Part shown: in pieces, positions 18,727 to 28,719 of the stretch | Numbering within the stretch: position 1 is the first letter of the stretch | How the letters are laid out: each line of letters starts with the position of its first letter | Assembly: GCA_002683655.1 (NCBI GenBank) | Contig: NYTS01000078.1 | Span: 6,683 to 70,682 of the forward strand | Length of the DNA stretch: 64,000 bases | From: Deltaproteobacteria bacterium | GTDB lineage: Bacteria; SAR324; NAC60-12 | Reading direction: 5' to 3' | Made by a program: the position numbers and the translations under genes | Notes under the pieces: model-generated | Told to the model about the DNA's origin: nothing | What the model saw: only the letters and a program-made list of their open reading frames with translations | Databases searched by the model: none

Positions 18727-20799
18727 ATGAGTTTTTCTGAATCAAAGTGGTTGAACAGTACTTGTCCTCATGATTGCCCGAGTACCTGTGCTCTAGAGGT
18801 CGAGAGTGATGAACAGAACCAGATCAAGCGGCTTCGAGGTCGGAAAAAGCATCCTTACACAGATGGAGTGATCTGTGGCAAGGTAGCCAATTATGCAAAG
18901 CGACATCATCATCCAGATCGGTTGACTCATCCCTTGAAGAGAGTTGGTCCCAAGGGGAGAGGGATTGGTGCGTTTGAGAAGATTTCTTGGTCAGAAGCGC
19001 TGGATCTGACGGTTACAGCACTCAAGGAAAGTGTTGAAACACATGGGCTGGAAAGTGTCTGGCCATATTTTTACGCCGGCACGATGGGTTGGGTTCAACG
19101 AGATGGAATTGAGCGACTTCGGTATGTGATGGGTTATTCCAGGCAACACTCAACGATCTGTGTCGGACTCTCTGATGCGGGTTGGCTGGTGGGGGCTGGA
19201 GAGAAGCGTGGTGTTGATGCAAGGGAGATCAGTGAAACAGATCTGCTGGTTGTCTGGGGTGGAAATCCAGTCAATACCCAGATCAATGTCATCCATCGAT
19301 TCCAGCAAGCCTGCAGACAACGTGGGACCAAGCTGGTGGTGATTGATCCTTACAAAACGGATACTGCAAAGCGAGCAGATTTGCACCTTCGGTTGCGACC
19401 TGGAACGGACGGAGCATTGGCTTGTGCGGTCATGCACATCTTGTTTCGTGATGGTCTAGCGGATTGGGCCTATCTGAAAAAATACTCAGATGATCCTCAA
19501 GGATTGGCAGAGCATTTACAGATGCGAACTCCAGCATGGGCTGCTTCTATCACAGGCTTATCTGTCAGCGAGATTGAACAGTTTGCAGAGCTTTATGGGA
19601 GCAATCCCAGAAGTTTTTTACGGTTGGGCTACGGATTCACACGCTCCAGAAATGGTGCCCCCAACATGCATGCAGTCAGCTGTTTGCCAATAGTCACGGG
19701 TGCCTGGCAATATCCTGGTGGGGGGGCTCTTTACAGCAATTCAGGTATGTGCCCCTTTGATGTATCCGAGATCAAAGGCTTGGATCGACTAGATCCGTCC
19801 AAAAGGGTTTTGGATCAGTCTCGAATTGGGCCAATCCTATGTGGTCATCCTCCAGATCTACAGGGAGGGCCTCCGATCAAGGCCCTCTTTATTCAAAATA
19901 CAAATCCGATGGTTGTAGCACCAGAAACCGACTTGGTTCGACAAGGTTTTTCCAGAGATGATCTGTTCATTTGTGTTCATGAGCAATTCATGACCGAAAC
20001 CGCTGAAATGGCTGATGTGGTGCTGCCTGCAACGACCTTTTTAGAACACGATGATTGCTATTCAGCAGGAGGCCACACGTTTTTCCAGATCGCCAAGGCT
20101 GTGGTTCCACCTCTCGGAGAATGTCGATCTAACCACTGGGTGATTCAGGAACTTGCGATACGGCTTGAAGCCGAGCACCAGGGATTTCTGAAGAGTGAAT
20201 GGGAATTGATTATGGGCATGCTGAAGAAATCCGGATATCAAGAAAAGATTCCGCTCGAAGAAAAAAGTTTTGAAATTGATTTGGATCTTGGTTTTGAAAA
20301 AATGCACTTTTTGGATGGCTTTTGTCACGAAGATCGAAAGTTCCATTTCAGAGCGGATTGGACGTATTGGGGTCAGGCAAACCAAGAGATGCCGACGTTT
20401 CCGGATCATTGGGAAGTGCGAGATCATCTATCCCATGAAAAGCCGTATCGCCTGATCACGCCTCCTGCAAGATGGTTTCTGAACTCGACCTTTAACGAGA
20501 TGTCCCTTTCTCAGGATCGCTTGCTGTCCCCCAGAGCCTGGATGCATCCGAGTGATCTGAAACAGGAGGGATTAGAAAACGCTGGGCAGATTAAAGTAGG
20601 CAATGAGCGAGGTGAGATCGAAATCTCCTTGGAAGCCAATGAGGAGGTGCAGCCAGGCCTGGTCGTGATTGAAGGGCTGTGGGCAAACCGGGCGTTTCCA
20701 GCTGCAAAAGGAGTCAACACGCTCACTTCGGCAGATGTGGCTTTACCCAATGGAGGGGCGGTTTTTCACGATACGACTGTCTGGGTGAGAGCTTCCTGA
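18727..20799 (+). CDS. Molybdopterin-dependent oxidoreductase, MopB/DMSO-reductase superfamily catalytic subunit
   Basis: The N-terminal Cys cluster CPHDCPSTC…C(GKV) fits a 4Fe-4S motif, followed by molybdopterin oxidoreductase domains (…LLVVWGGNPVNTQ…, …VVLPATTFLEHDD…) and a C-terminal MGD-binding barrel. The likely start MSFSESKW is at 18727; the longer ORF runs from 18652. Confidence 0.8.
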   Translation: MSFSESKWLNSTCPHDCPSTCALEVESDEQNQIKRLRGRKKHPYTDGVICGKVANYAKRHHHPDRLTHPLKRVGPKGRGIGAFEKISWSEALDLTVTALKESVETHGLESVWPYFYAGTMGWVQRDGIERLRYVMGYSRQHSTICVGLSDAGWLVGAGEKRGVDAREISETDLLVVWGGNPVNTQINVIHRFQQACRQRGTKLVVIDPYKTDTAKRADLHLRLRPGTDGALACAVMHILFRDGLADWAYLKKYSDDPQGLAEHLQMRTPAWAASITGLSVSEIEQFAELYGSNPRSFLRLGYGFTRSRNGAPNMHAVSCLPIVTGAWQYPGGGALYSNSGMCPFDVSEIKGLDRLDPSKRVLDQSRIGPILCGHPPDLQGGPPIKALFIQNTNPMVVAPETDLVRQGFSRDDLFICVHEQFMTETAEMADVVLPATTFLEHDDCYSAGGHTFFQIAKAVVPPLGECRSNHWVIQELAIRLEAEHQGFLKSEWELIMGMLKKSGYQEKIPLEEKSFEIDLDLGFEKMHFLDGFCHEDRKFHFRADWTYWGQANQEMPTFPDHWEVRDHLSHEKPYRLITPPARWFLNSTFNEMSLSQDRLLSPRAWMHPSDLKQEGLENAGQIKVGNERGEIEISLEANEEVQPGLVVIEGLWANRAFPAAKGVNTLTSADVALPNGGAVFHDTTVWVRAS

Positions 20800-20846
20800 T
20801 TATATATATAATTTTTCTTTAAGGGTGTTCTAATTTAGCAAAGAGC

Positions 20847-22097
20847 TTGGATCCTTTTTTGAAAATCAATTTTCATAACAATTATTTGAGTTTTTTCATG
20901 TCTTCAACATTTCACCAGGTAATCACAGATGTGGATCAGAATCTTTGGATTGATTCACTAGAGTTGAATGAACAGAACTTATCCACAAACTCCACATCAA
21001 ATTGGGAAATTAAGAAGTCCACCTTGCAGGGAGGCCTTCAACAGGGGATTGATTTGATCGAGGTGAATAATGGTAATTTTTCTTTTGCCGTGGTCCCAAC
21101 TCGAGGGATGGGGATTTGGAGAGGATCCTATTCGAGTAAGACTCTGGGCTGGGACTCGCCTGTAAAGGATCTTGTGCACCCGGCCTTTATCGAACTAAAC
21201 GATCGTGGTGGCCTAGGGTGGTTGAAAGGTTTCAATGAGTGGATCGTACGCTGTGGTCTGAGTAGCAATGGCGCTCCGGGAAATGATGTGATCGTCGATA
21301 ACAATGGAAACAAAGCGGAGGTGTTTCTTCCACTCCATGGAAAGATTGCCAATATTCCTGCGAGGTTTGTTGAGGTTCAGGTGGAGGTTGGCACCCCAAC
21401 AATTCTGAGGATTCGTGGGATTGTTGAGGAAACCATGTTGTTTGGTCCAGCACTGCGACTCACAACTGAAATTTCAACAGAGCTCGGTTCAAACAAGCTG
21501 ACCATTGTTGATGAAGTGACCAACTTGAACACGACACCCGAAGAAATCGAAATGCTGTATCACTGCAACTATGGTCCTCCTTTTTTAGAGGAAGGTTCCA
21601 AGTTGGTTGCACCAGTAAAGAGCGTAGCTCCGAGAGATCAACGAGCTCGGAAGGATCTAAAAACGTTATCAGACTTTCGAGGCCCTACGAACGGTTATGT
21701 AGAGCAAGTATATTTCTACGAATTGTTGGGAGATTCTTCAGGCGAATCTAAGGTGATGTTGCGTAACAAGGCAGGAGATCTTGGGACTTCGATGAGTTTT
21801 TCTTTAGAAAAAATGCCCTGTTTTTCACTTTGGAAGAATACAGCATCCCTTAAAAATGGATATGTGACAGGGCTTGAACCGGGATCCAATTTCCCAAACC
21901 CGAAGTGTTTCGAACGTGAAAATGGTCGAGTGGTACTCCTAGAGCCGCTGATGAGTAGGAAATTTGGGATTTCTTTGGAGGTTCATGTGGGTGGTGAAGC
22001 CGTGAATGAAGTTCAGAAGGATATCAATAAGCTGCAAGGTTCAACATCTCCAGAGATTTTAGAGTTTGCTCCAAAAAATCTTTCGGCAGCTACCTAA
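20847..22097 (+). CDS. Conserved hypothetical protein, possibly with a galactose-mutarotase-like (DUF4432-like) fold
   Basis: A 416 aa uninterrupted ORF lying 48 nt downstream of the Mo-enzyme gene on the same strand. It has no recognisable catalytic motifs and the fold assignment is from weak recollection only. Confidence 0.45.
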   Translation: MDPFLKINFHNNYLSFFMSSTFHQVITDVDQNLWIDSLELNEQNLSTNSTSNWEIKKSTLQGGLQQGIDLIEVNNGNFSFAVVPTRGMGIWRGSYSSKTLGWDSPVKDLVHPAFIELNDRGGLGWLKGFNEWIVRCGLSSNGAPGNDVIVDNNGNKAEVFLPLHGKIANIPARFVEVQVEVGTPTILRIRGIVEETMLFGPALRLTTEISTELGSNKLTIVDEVTNLNTTPEEIEMLYHCNYGPPFLEEGSKLVAPVKSVAPRDQRARKDLKTLSDFRGPTNGYVEQVYFYELLGDSSGESKVMLRNKAGDLGTSMSFSLEKMPCFSLWKNTASLKNGYVTGLEPGSNFPNPKCFERENGRVVLLEPLMSRKFGISLEVHVGGEAVNEVQKDINKLQGSTSPEILEFAPKNLSAAT

Positions 22098-22110
22098 GCG
22101 TTGCTTTATT

Positions 22111-22950
22111 CTAGGCTTTGAGGAGGACAATCCCCATTGTTACCAGCACGGCCGCCAGGACTTTTAGAAGGTCTTTGCTTTCCTTGAGGATCAGGATTCC
22201 AAGCACTGAAGCCATCACCACACTTGTTTCTCGAAGTGCTGCAACAAGCATGATGGGAGCCGATTCCATGGCCCAAAGCACAGATCCGTAGGCATAGGCT
22301 GCTAGTAAACCAGCCCCAACACCGCTCCATCCAAGCTCGATCAAGCGGGGGATTGTTTCGCTCTTGTAATGATAAAAGGTGTAGGCTTGCACCATCAACA
22401 TTTCCAGAAAGAAAAGCCAGCAGATATAACCAAGTACATTCCCAGAGTTTCTTACCCCAACTCCGTCGATCAAACTGTAAATACCAATGAGAACTCCGGT
22501 GCCAAGCGCATAAAAAATTGTTGAAGGTTGTTGTTTAAAATAACTGAAGGAACGCAGACTGAGGCTCAAGATTCCTCCAGCAATCAAAAAGAAAGCAAAT
22601 AACTGGAGCCCAGAAACGGGTTCATTCAAGAATATCAAAGAAGCTAAAAAGACCACAATTGGTCCTGTGCCTCTCATGATGGGATAAGCTTGACCAAGTT
22701 CTACGTTCCGATAGGAAAAGGTCAAAAAAACATAGTAACCGCCATGAACGACTGTAGACATCAGGAGCATGGGCCAAGCGGCTTCCTCAACAGGACCAAT
22801 AAACGGAATGAGCACCAACCCCAGTAAGCCTGTGACTGTGTGCATCGACATCATCATCACGAGCCTGCTCTCAGTTTGTTTTAGGAGCAAATTCCAGAGA
22901 GAATGAGAAAGTGCCGCCCCCAGTACCAGGGTGATGACGATGCCATTCAT
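22111..22950 (-). CDS. EamA/DMT-superfamily transporter (10 TM)
   Basis: The ORF shows duplicated EamA-like hydrophobic halves and 279 aa. Confidence 0.7.
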   Translation of the reverse strand: MNGIVITLVLGAALSHSLWNLLLKQTESRLVMMMSMHTVTGLLGLVLIPFIGPVEEAAWPMLLMSTVVHGGYYVFLTFSYRNVELGQAYPIMRGTGPIVVFLASLIFLNEPVSGLQLFAFFLIAGGILSLSLRSFSYFKQQPSTIFYALGTGVLIGIYSLIDGVGVRNSGNVLGYICWLFFLEMLMVQAYTFYHYKSETIPRLIELGWSGVGAGLLAAYAYGSVLWAMESAPIMLVAALRETSVVMASVLGILILKESKDLLKVLAAVLVTMGIVLLKA

Positions 22951-23167
22951 ATAGTGGCTACTTTGAGGCTAGAAATCGAAAGGTTCATTTAGTTTGGCAG
23001 CAATTGATCAGGAAACTCTGTTAAAAAATCTCAACCTGGTGAAGACTTCCCAAGTCTTGATCAATTTTTTTTCAGAGGCTTACCATATTCGTGAACAATC
23101 GATCACATAATCAAGTGAGGTTTTTTTGCTCAAACTTGCTATCTCTAATTGAATTTTCCCTCTTAAC

Positions 23168-24382
23168 ATGATTGAGATGAATCCAATGACATCAGTTTCC
23201 TTTTCCTACCCTGACTTTGAAAGTGCAGAATTTCTAAAAGATCACGTACAGAAGGTGCTGAATTTTTACAGGGGACGAGCCCTCGATCCAAGTGGTGGAT
23301 TCTTTCACGGATTTGAAGATGATGGGACGCTTTTTGATGAAGATTTCAGGCATCTAGTAAGCTCTTGTCGTTTCATTTTTAACTTTGCAGGTGCATACTG
23401 CCGAGAAGGGAATCATCAGGACTTGGCGCTGGCAAAACATGGGCTCCGATTCCTGACTTCAGCCCATCAGATGCCAGATGGTTTTTATGCTTGGGAGTTA
23501 ACAGCGGGTCAGGTCAGTGATGGGAGAGCAATGGCTTATGGGCATGCTTTTGTTCTATTTGCTGCTGCCCATGCACTGCAAGCTGGGCTTGCCTCCGCTC
23601 AGTCCGTCCTTGATGAAGTGTGGTCGCTGCTGGAACAACATTTTTGGGAGCCAGCACAAGGAGCTTACCTTGATGAATTGAGTTGGTCTGAAAGAGAGCC
23701 CGATGGCTATCGAGGACAGAACGCCAATATGCACATGTGTGAGGCTTGTCTAGCCGCTTGGAAAGCAACGAGAGAGGAAAAATTTTTAGATAGAGCCGAG
23801 CAACTAGCTCAGAAATTTGCTCTAGAATTGGCGGATTTGAATAGTGGGCTCGTCTGGGAGCACTATACGCAAGATTGGCTTCCGGATATGGATTATCACA
23901 AGGATCAGCCAGATGACCTCTTCAAGCCTTGGGGGTTTCAGCCTGGACATCAAGTAGAGTGGGCCCGTCTCCTACTGAGTCTTTTGGAAATACGTGCCCA
24001 ATCTTGGTATTTAGATCGCGCGGAGATACTTTACAGAAATGGAATGAAAGATGGAAGAGATCTAGATTATGGTGGGATTTTTTATGGATTTGGACTAGAT
24101 GGAGAAATTTGTGCGCCCAGTAAATATTTTTGGGTTCAGGCGGAGGCCATTGCAACAGCTTGGCGTCTTTTTTGGTTGACAGAAAAGCCAAACTATCGAG
24201 ATGATTATTTGGAATTCTGGCGCTACGCATGGGATCATTTCATGGATCACCAGCATGGCGCTTGGTTTAGGATTCTCTCTCGTGAGGGCCAAAGAATCGA
24301 TAGACTCAAGTCACCACCTGGTAAAACGGACTATCATGTCCTGACAGTGTGCTGGGATATTCTGGATCACCCGCCGGGATGA
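23168..24382 (+). CDS. N-acylglucosamine 2-epimerase (AGE) superfamily enzyme: aldose-ketose isomerase or 2-epimerase
   Basis: It has the (alpha/alpha)6 AGE pattern, with GGFFHGFEDDGT, HQMPDGFYAWE and a W/H-rich C-terminal region, and is 404 aa. Confidence 0.7.
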   Translation: MIEMNPMTSVSFSYPDFESAEFLKDHVQKVLNFYRGRALDPSGGFFHGFEDDGTLFDEDFRHLVSSCRFIFNFAGAYCREGNHQDLALAKHGLRFLTSAHQMPDGFYAWELTAGQVSDGRAMAYGHAFVLFAAAHALQAGLASAQSVLDEVWSLLEQHFWEPAQGAYLDELSWSEREPDGYRGQNANMHMCEACLAAWKATREEKFLDRAEQLAQKFALELADLNSGLVWEHYTQDWLPDMDYHKDQPDDLFKPWGFQPGHQVEWARLLLSLLEIRAQSWYLDRAEILYRNGMKDGRDLDYGGIFYGFGLDGEICAPSKYFWVQAEAIATAWRLFWLTEKPNYRDDYLEFWRYAWDHFMDHQHGAWFRILSREGQRIDRLKSPPGKTDYHVLTVCWDILDHPPG

Positions 24383-24654
24383 TCCATCCAACATTTGCTA
24401 GCTTGAGCCTACAGCAACTTTTAAAAAGGAAGGTTATACTATGCAAAGAAACACCTACGGTTATCAATTCCAAATGGTTCAGTTGATTGTTCGAAAAACA
24501 CAAAAGGTGGAGGCAGCAAAAGAGGAAAAGCAGTCTCTCAACGAACTACAGACTGAGAAGGGGGCCTTCATGATTCAACGGAACCCATCTTAACCAAGCT
24601 TAGAAATATTTTTCAAACTGGTATGCGTCTCTTCATCCAGTCTTCCTTGGCCAA

Positions 24655-26097
24655 TTACGGTTCTGCAATTTCAATATTGGGGCTACGGGCCTCAATCTCT
24701 TTGGCAGCAGAAACGAGAATATCCTCTCGGAATCGTGCCCCCACCAGTTGAGCACCCAATGGTATCTTTCCATCAGGACTCTCATTGTATCCAGTAAAGA
24801 TGGAGAGACCCGGGATGCCCATCAAAGGAAGCCCTACCTGAGTAAGCTGAGCCTTAATCACTCTTGGAAAATCCTCCAGATCCAGCAAATCTAGAAAGGG
24901 AGGCTCACTTGAAGTAGGGCAGATAAAGACAGGATATTTTTCCAAGAAAAGTTGCCAATCTCGAAGAAATCCCAACCGCGCCTGTAAAGCATCCAATAAA
25001 TCATTTATCGTTGGCACAGACGAAAGTTTGGTCATCTCCCCAAATACGTGGATGGCATCTGGATCTCCCTCTTTGTCTAGAATGCCTGTCCCTACACGAT
25101 GTGTTTCAGCAAGCCAGAGAATAGCCTGCAATCTAGCCGGTTCCTGAAAAGGTGGACTCTCTACTTCCGTTACCTCCCAGCCGGCATCTTTCAACCTTTC
25201 AGCAGCTTGCCGAACTGCTTTTGCTACGGACTCATCTGTTTGCATTCCATCTGGATTCACACAGAGCGCAGCCCTTCGCGGAAAATCGCCCATCTCATAT
25301 GGCAGAGGAACATGCCAGGGATCTCTTAGGTCTGAGCGAGACATGACTTTGGTGGCTAATTCCAGATCAGCGATTGTCCTGGTCAGTGGCCCTGAAACCG
25401 CCATTAACTGAGCACCTATATGCCGGTCTTTCCCTGAAGGATTCCAGGCAGGAAAGCGTCCCTGAGTTGGGCGAAGCCCTTGGAGTCCACAGGCATAGGC
25501 TGGATATCTGACTGAACCCCCGATGTCTGTGCCGTGCCCGATCGCGCCAATACCTGACGCTGTTGCTGAAGCAGCACCGCCTGAGGAACCACCTGGAGTA
25601 ATCCTGGAGTTGTGAGGATTAATTGTATGGCCATGCAATTGGTTCCGAGTGAACCAGCGTAGGGAGAATGCTGGGGTGTTCGTGCGACCAATGATGATCG
25701 CTCCTGCTTTGCGAAAGTTTGTTACGACGGGGCTGTCCTGGTCTGCAATCAGATTCTCCTGCAATTTCAGACCATTCGTGTTTGCGTATCCAGCTTGATC
25801 AATGTTGACTTTAACTGTGACGGGCACACCAGCCAAATTGCCTGGATCTTCTCCACGATCAATCGCTTGGTCTACCAACTCAGCAGAGCGTAGGGCGTCC
25901 TCAGGTGTTTCAATGACAACCGCATTTAGTTTTCCATTGACTAAATGCAAACGATCAAACGCAGATTGGGCAACTTCAACAGCAGACACTTGGCGTGATT
26001 TTACTAATCCTGCGATTTCAGCTGCACTCTTTTTCCATAATCCTTCCATCATTATCTCCTGAAATGTTTGCCAAAAATCCTTTGGAGTAATCTTCAT
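24655..26097 (-). CDS. Amidase-signature (AS) family amidase
   Basis: The GGSSGG AS motif (TPGGSSGGAASATASG), a Ser-cisSer-Lys catalytic-triad context and 480 aa are present. Confidence 0.85.
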   Translation of the reverse strand: MKITPKDFWQTFQEIMMEGLWKKSAAEIAGLVKSRQVSAVEVAQSAFDRLHLVNGKLNAVVIETPEDALRSAELVDQAIDRGEDPGNLAGVPVTVKVNIDQAGYANTNGLKLQENLIADQDSPVVTNFRKAGAIIIGRTNTPAFSLRWFTRNQLHGHTINPHNSRITPGGSSGGAASATASGIGAIGHGTDIGGSVRYPAYACGLQGLRPTQGRFPAWNPSGKDRHIGAQLMAVSGPLTRTIADLELATKVMSRSDLRDPWHVPLPYEMGDFPRRAALCVNPDGMQTDESVAKAVRQAAERLKDAGWEVTEVESPPFQEPARLQAILWLAETHRVGTGILDKEGDPDAIHVFGEMTKLSSVPTINDLLDALQARLGFLRDWQLFLEKYPVFICPTSSEPPFLDLLDLEDFPRVIKAQLTQVGLPLMGIPGLSIFTGYNESPDGKIPLGAQLVGARFREDILVSAAKEIEARSPNIEIAEP

Positions 26098-26251
26098 AAC
26101 TGTTACGAATTTTTCTGATTTCGGTGCTTACCCTCTAAAAGTCCTGAAAAAAAATCAATTTTTCATTGACAGGTTCATGATTCAACAAGATAAAAAGGGC
26201 CAAACTTCCATTGTTTTGATCAATCATAATTCGCTAATTCTGGAGGAAAAC

Positions 26252-27121
26252 ATGAGCTTCATCGATGCACATTTACACGTATTTCGAAAATATTCAGAAG
26301 AATATCCTAGACCGATTCATGCTGGATTAGCAGAAGCAGATCGGGAAGTGCTTGCTGACGATTTAATCAAGGAAATGGAAAAGGCAGGAGTTGACAAAGC
26401 GATCTTAGTTCCGCTTGGACCTGAGGATCACTACGTAGCCGAAGTTCAACGGGAACATCCAGGTAAATTCGCGGCTGTTGGGATTTTTGATGCGACTGCA
26501 AATGACCAGGAAGAAAATCTGGACTCCCGCATTGCTCAGAGCAGGATCCAGGGGATTCGGGTGGGGTTTGTTGATCAAAGAGAGAATCCCGGAGAAGACC
26601 CTAGGACTTTTGAGATGTTTCCGCTATTTAAGGCAATGGCTGAGCGGAAATTGAGGGTTTGGTTTTATGCCGAACCACCGCAAGTAAAATTTTTTGATAA
26701 AGTCTTAAAAGAACTTCCGGATCTGGTTGTGGTTTTCAATCATTGTGGATTTATGGTTTCTTTGGACAATTTGGCGATTGATGAGCACAATCGGCCTCAT
26801 TTTTCAGTAAAGTTACCCCCTGAAACCCTTGATCTTTTGGAGTTGGTGGCAGTCAATCCAAATACTTACGTACACTTTTCTGGACAATATGCCTTTACGC
26901 ATGACCCCTACCCTCACAATGACATGAAACCAATCGCTCAAAGACTTCTAAAAATCTTTGGTCCCAACCGTATGCTGTGGGCCTCAGATTTTCCATGGAT
27001 CACAGAGCAGCCTGGGTATCAAGAACAACTGGCTTTGGTAGACTATTTACTTCCAGACTTGAGCCCAGAAAATCGGGCGAAGATTTGCGGAGGAAATGCT
27101 GAAGAATTGTTCGTTTTTTGA
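26252..27121 (+). CDS. Amidohydrolase-2 (PF04909-type TIM-barrel metal-dependent hydrolase)
   Basis: It starts MSFIDAHLHVF (H-x-H metal site) and has later D/H ligands (…FNHCGF…, …WASDFPW…). Confidence 0.7.
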   Translation: MSFIDAHLHVFRKYSEEYPRPIHAGLAEADREVLADDLIKEMEKAGVDKAILVPLGPEDHYVAEVQREHPGKFAAVGIFDATANDQEENLDSRIAQSRIQGIRVGFVDQRENPGEDPRTFEMFPLFKAMAERKLRVWFYAEPPQVKFFDKVLKELPDLVVVFNHCGFMVSLDNLAIDEHNRPHFSVKLPPETLDLLELVAVNPNTYVHFSGQYAFTHDPYPHNDMKPIAQRLLKIFGPNRMLWASDFPWITEQPGYQEQLALVDYLLPDLSPENRAKICGGNAEELFVF

Positions 27122-27294
27122 TCCAGAACTGTGTCTAAAAAATCAAAAGTTAAAGAAAATTTGAAAAAATTATTGATTATATTCAAATAATTATGGATAA
27201 AATTTATGTTCGGCAAAAACTGATTTAACTTGACTCGCTTTAGCTCATTTATTAAAGATTGCTGTTTATTTAAACCTCAACTAGAAGGACAGTC

Positions 27295-28629
27295 ATGAAG
27301 CTGAGTATAATCAAAGATTTTCGGTTTGCGAGTTTTCGTAAATTTGGAATTGTAACGACCTCTGTGCTTACTTTGGGAACAATTGCTCAAGCAGCTCCTC
27401 TTCAATTGACGATGCAGCACATGGAGCAACCACCAAGCCGTGTAGAAGCAATGCAGGTGGTTGTTGATAAGTTCAATGAGAAATATCCTGAATATCGGAT
27501 GAAACAGAATGTGGTAGGTTGGGGAGAAGCCTTCACAAGGGTTCCAGCTCAGATTGAGGCAGGGGTGTCTGTTGATTTGCAACAGGCCATTCCAGGGTTT
27601 TTCGTTTATGTAAGAGAGATGGGTGCTAAGGGAGTAAAGCCAGCGACAAGCGTCTATGAGCAGGTAGCGAAAGAGGTGAAGTTTATTGATGCATACGTGG
27701 ATCAATACCGTGCTGACGGCGAGATTTGGGCTATCCCAGCTTTTGGAATGCTAGAACTACTGATGTATAACAAAAAGCATTTTGAAGAAGCAGGAATTCC
27801 ACATCCTCCCAAAACTACCGAAGATGTTTTGGCTGCAGCCAAAAAGTTGACTGATCCTGATAACGATAGATACGGATTTGCTCTTCCAGCTAGTGATACA
27901 TTAGCTGGAACTCAGTCAATTTATACTTGGATGGGAGCATTTGGTGGCAAGAAGATTTTTGATAATTCATGCAAACCTATTGTAAATAACCCTCAAAACA
28001 AGCGCGCTTATTCTTTTTTGAAAGAACTGGCTTCTTACAGTCCTCCGGACATTGGTTCTTATGCTTGGGCTGAGGTGGAAGGCTCGCTTGTGTCCGGTCG
28101 GGCTTCCATGATCACTTTTAAGAATGCTTTCATGAATGCCTGGATCAATGATTCAGGTCTAGGCCCAAATGACCTTGGGGCGGCTCCTATTCCTGTCCCA
28201 AATGATGGAAGTGGAGAGAGATTCTCCCTAGCCTATTCAAATGCATTTATGGTCATGACTGATGATCCCAAAAAACAAGAAGGTCTGGCAAAGTTCATGT
28301 CCTTTTGGTTGAGTCCTGAAATCTACGGCGAGTGGCTGGGAACATCTGAGCCGGGCTTGTTTCTTCCTGTGACGGACGATTCTAAAACCAATGAGGTCAT
28401 GTTCTCTGCCCCGGTCTTAAGCCAATTCAAAGACCAGCACCAAACTTCGCTGGATGAAGCCCCTTACACAGGAATGTACGGATTCATGCAGAACAATTAC
28501 TGCCCTCAGGTTGGACAGTTTGAAGGCCAGAATTTCACAGCTAAAGCTATGGAAAAAATGGTGGTGGAAGATATCTCTCCAGATGAAGCGGTCGGATACC
28601 TCGAAGAGTTGATGCTCAACGTTAAGTGA
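27295..28629 (+). CDS. Sugar ABC transporter substrate-binding protein (family 1 SBP)
   Basis: It has a signal peptide and belongs to the family-1 extracellular solute-binding type, upstream of the MalF/MalG/MalK-like genes. Confidence 0.8.
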   Translation: MKLSIIKDFRFASFRKFGIVTTSVLTLGTIAQAAPLQLTMQHMEQPPSRVEAMQVVVDKFNEKYPEYRMKQNVVGWGEAFTRVPAQIEAGVSVDLQQAIPGFFVYVREMGAKGVKPATSVYEQVAKEVKFIDAYVDQYRADGEIWAIPAFGMLELLMYNKKHFEEAGIPHPPKTTEDVLAAAKKLTDPDNDRYGFALPASDTLAGTQSIYTWMGAFGGKKIFDNSCKPIVNNPQNKRAYSFLKELASYSPPDIGSYAWAEVEGSLVSGRASMITFKNAFMNAWINDSGLGPNDLGAAPIPVPNDGSGERFSLAYSNAFMVMTDDPKKQEGLAKFMSFWLSPEIYGEWLGTSEPGLFLPVTDDSKTNEVMFSAPVLSQFKDQHQTSLDEAPYTGMYGFMQNNYCPQVGQFEGQNFTAKAMEKMVVEDISPDEAVGYLEELMLNVK

Positions 28630-28719
28630 CCATCAAACGGCAGGCCGTATCTGAAATATGGCCTGCCAAGCCCTCCAATATTTCCAAAGCCCATAACTTT
28701 ACTTCCCTCAATCTTTCTC

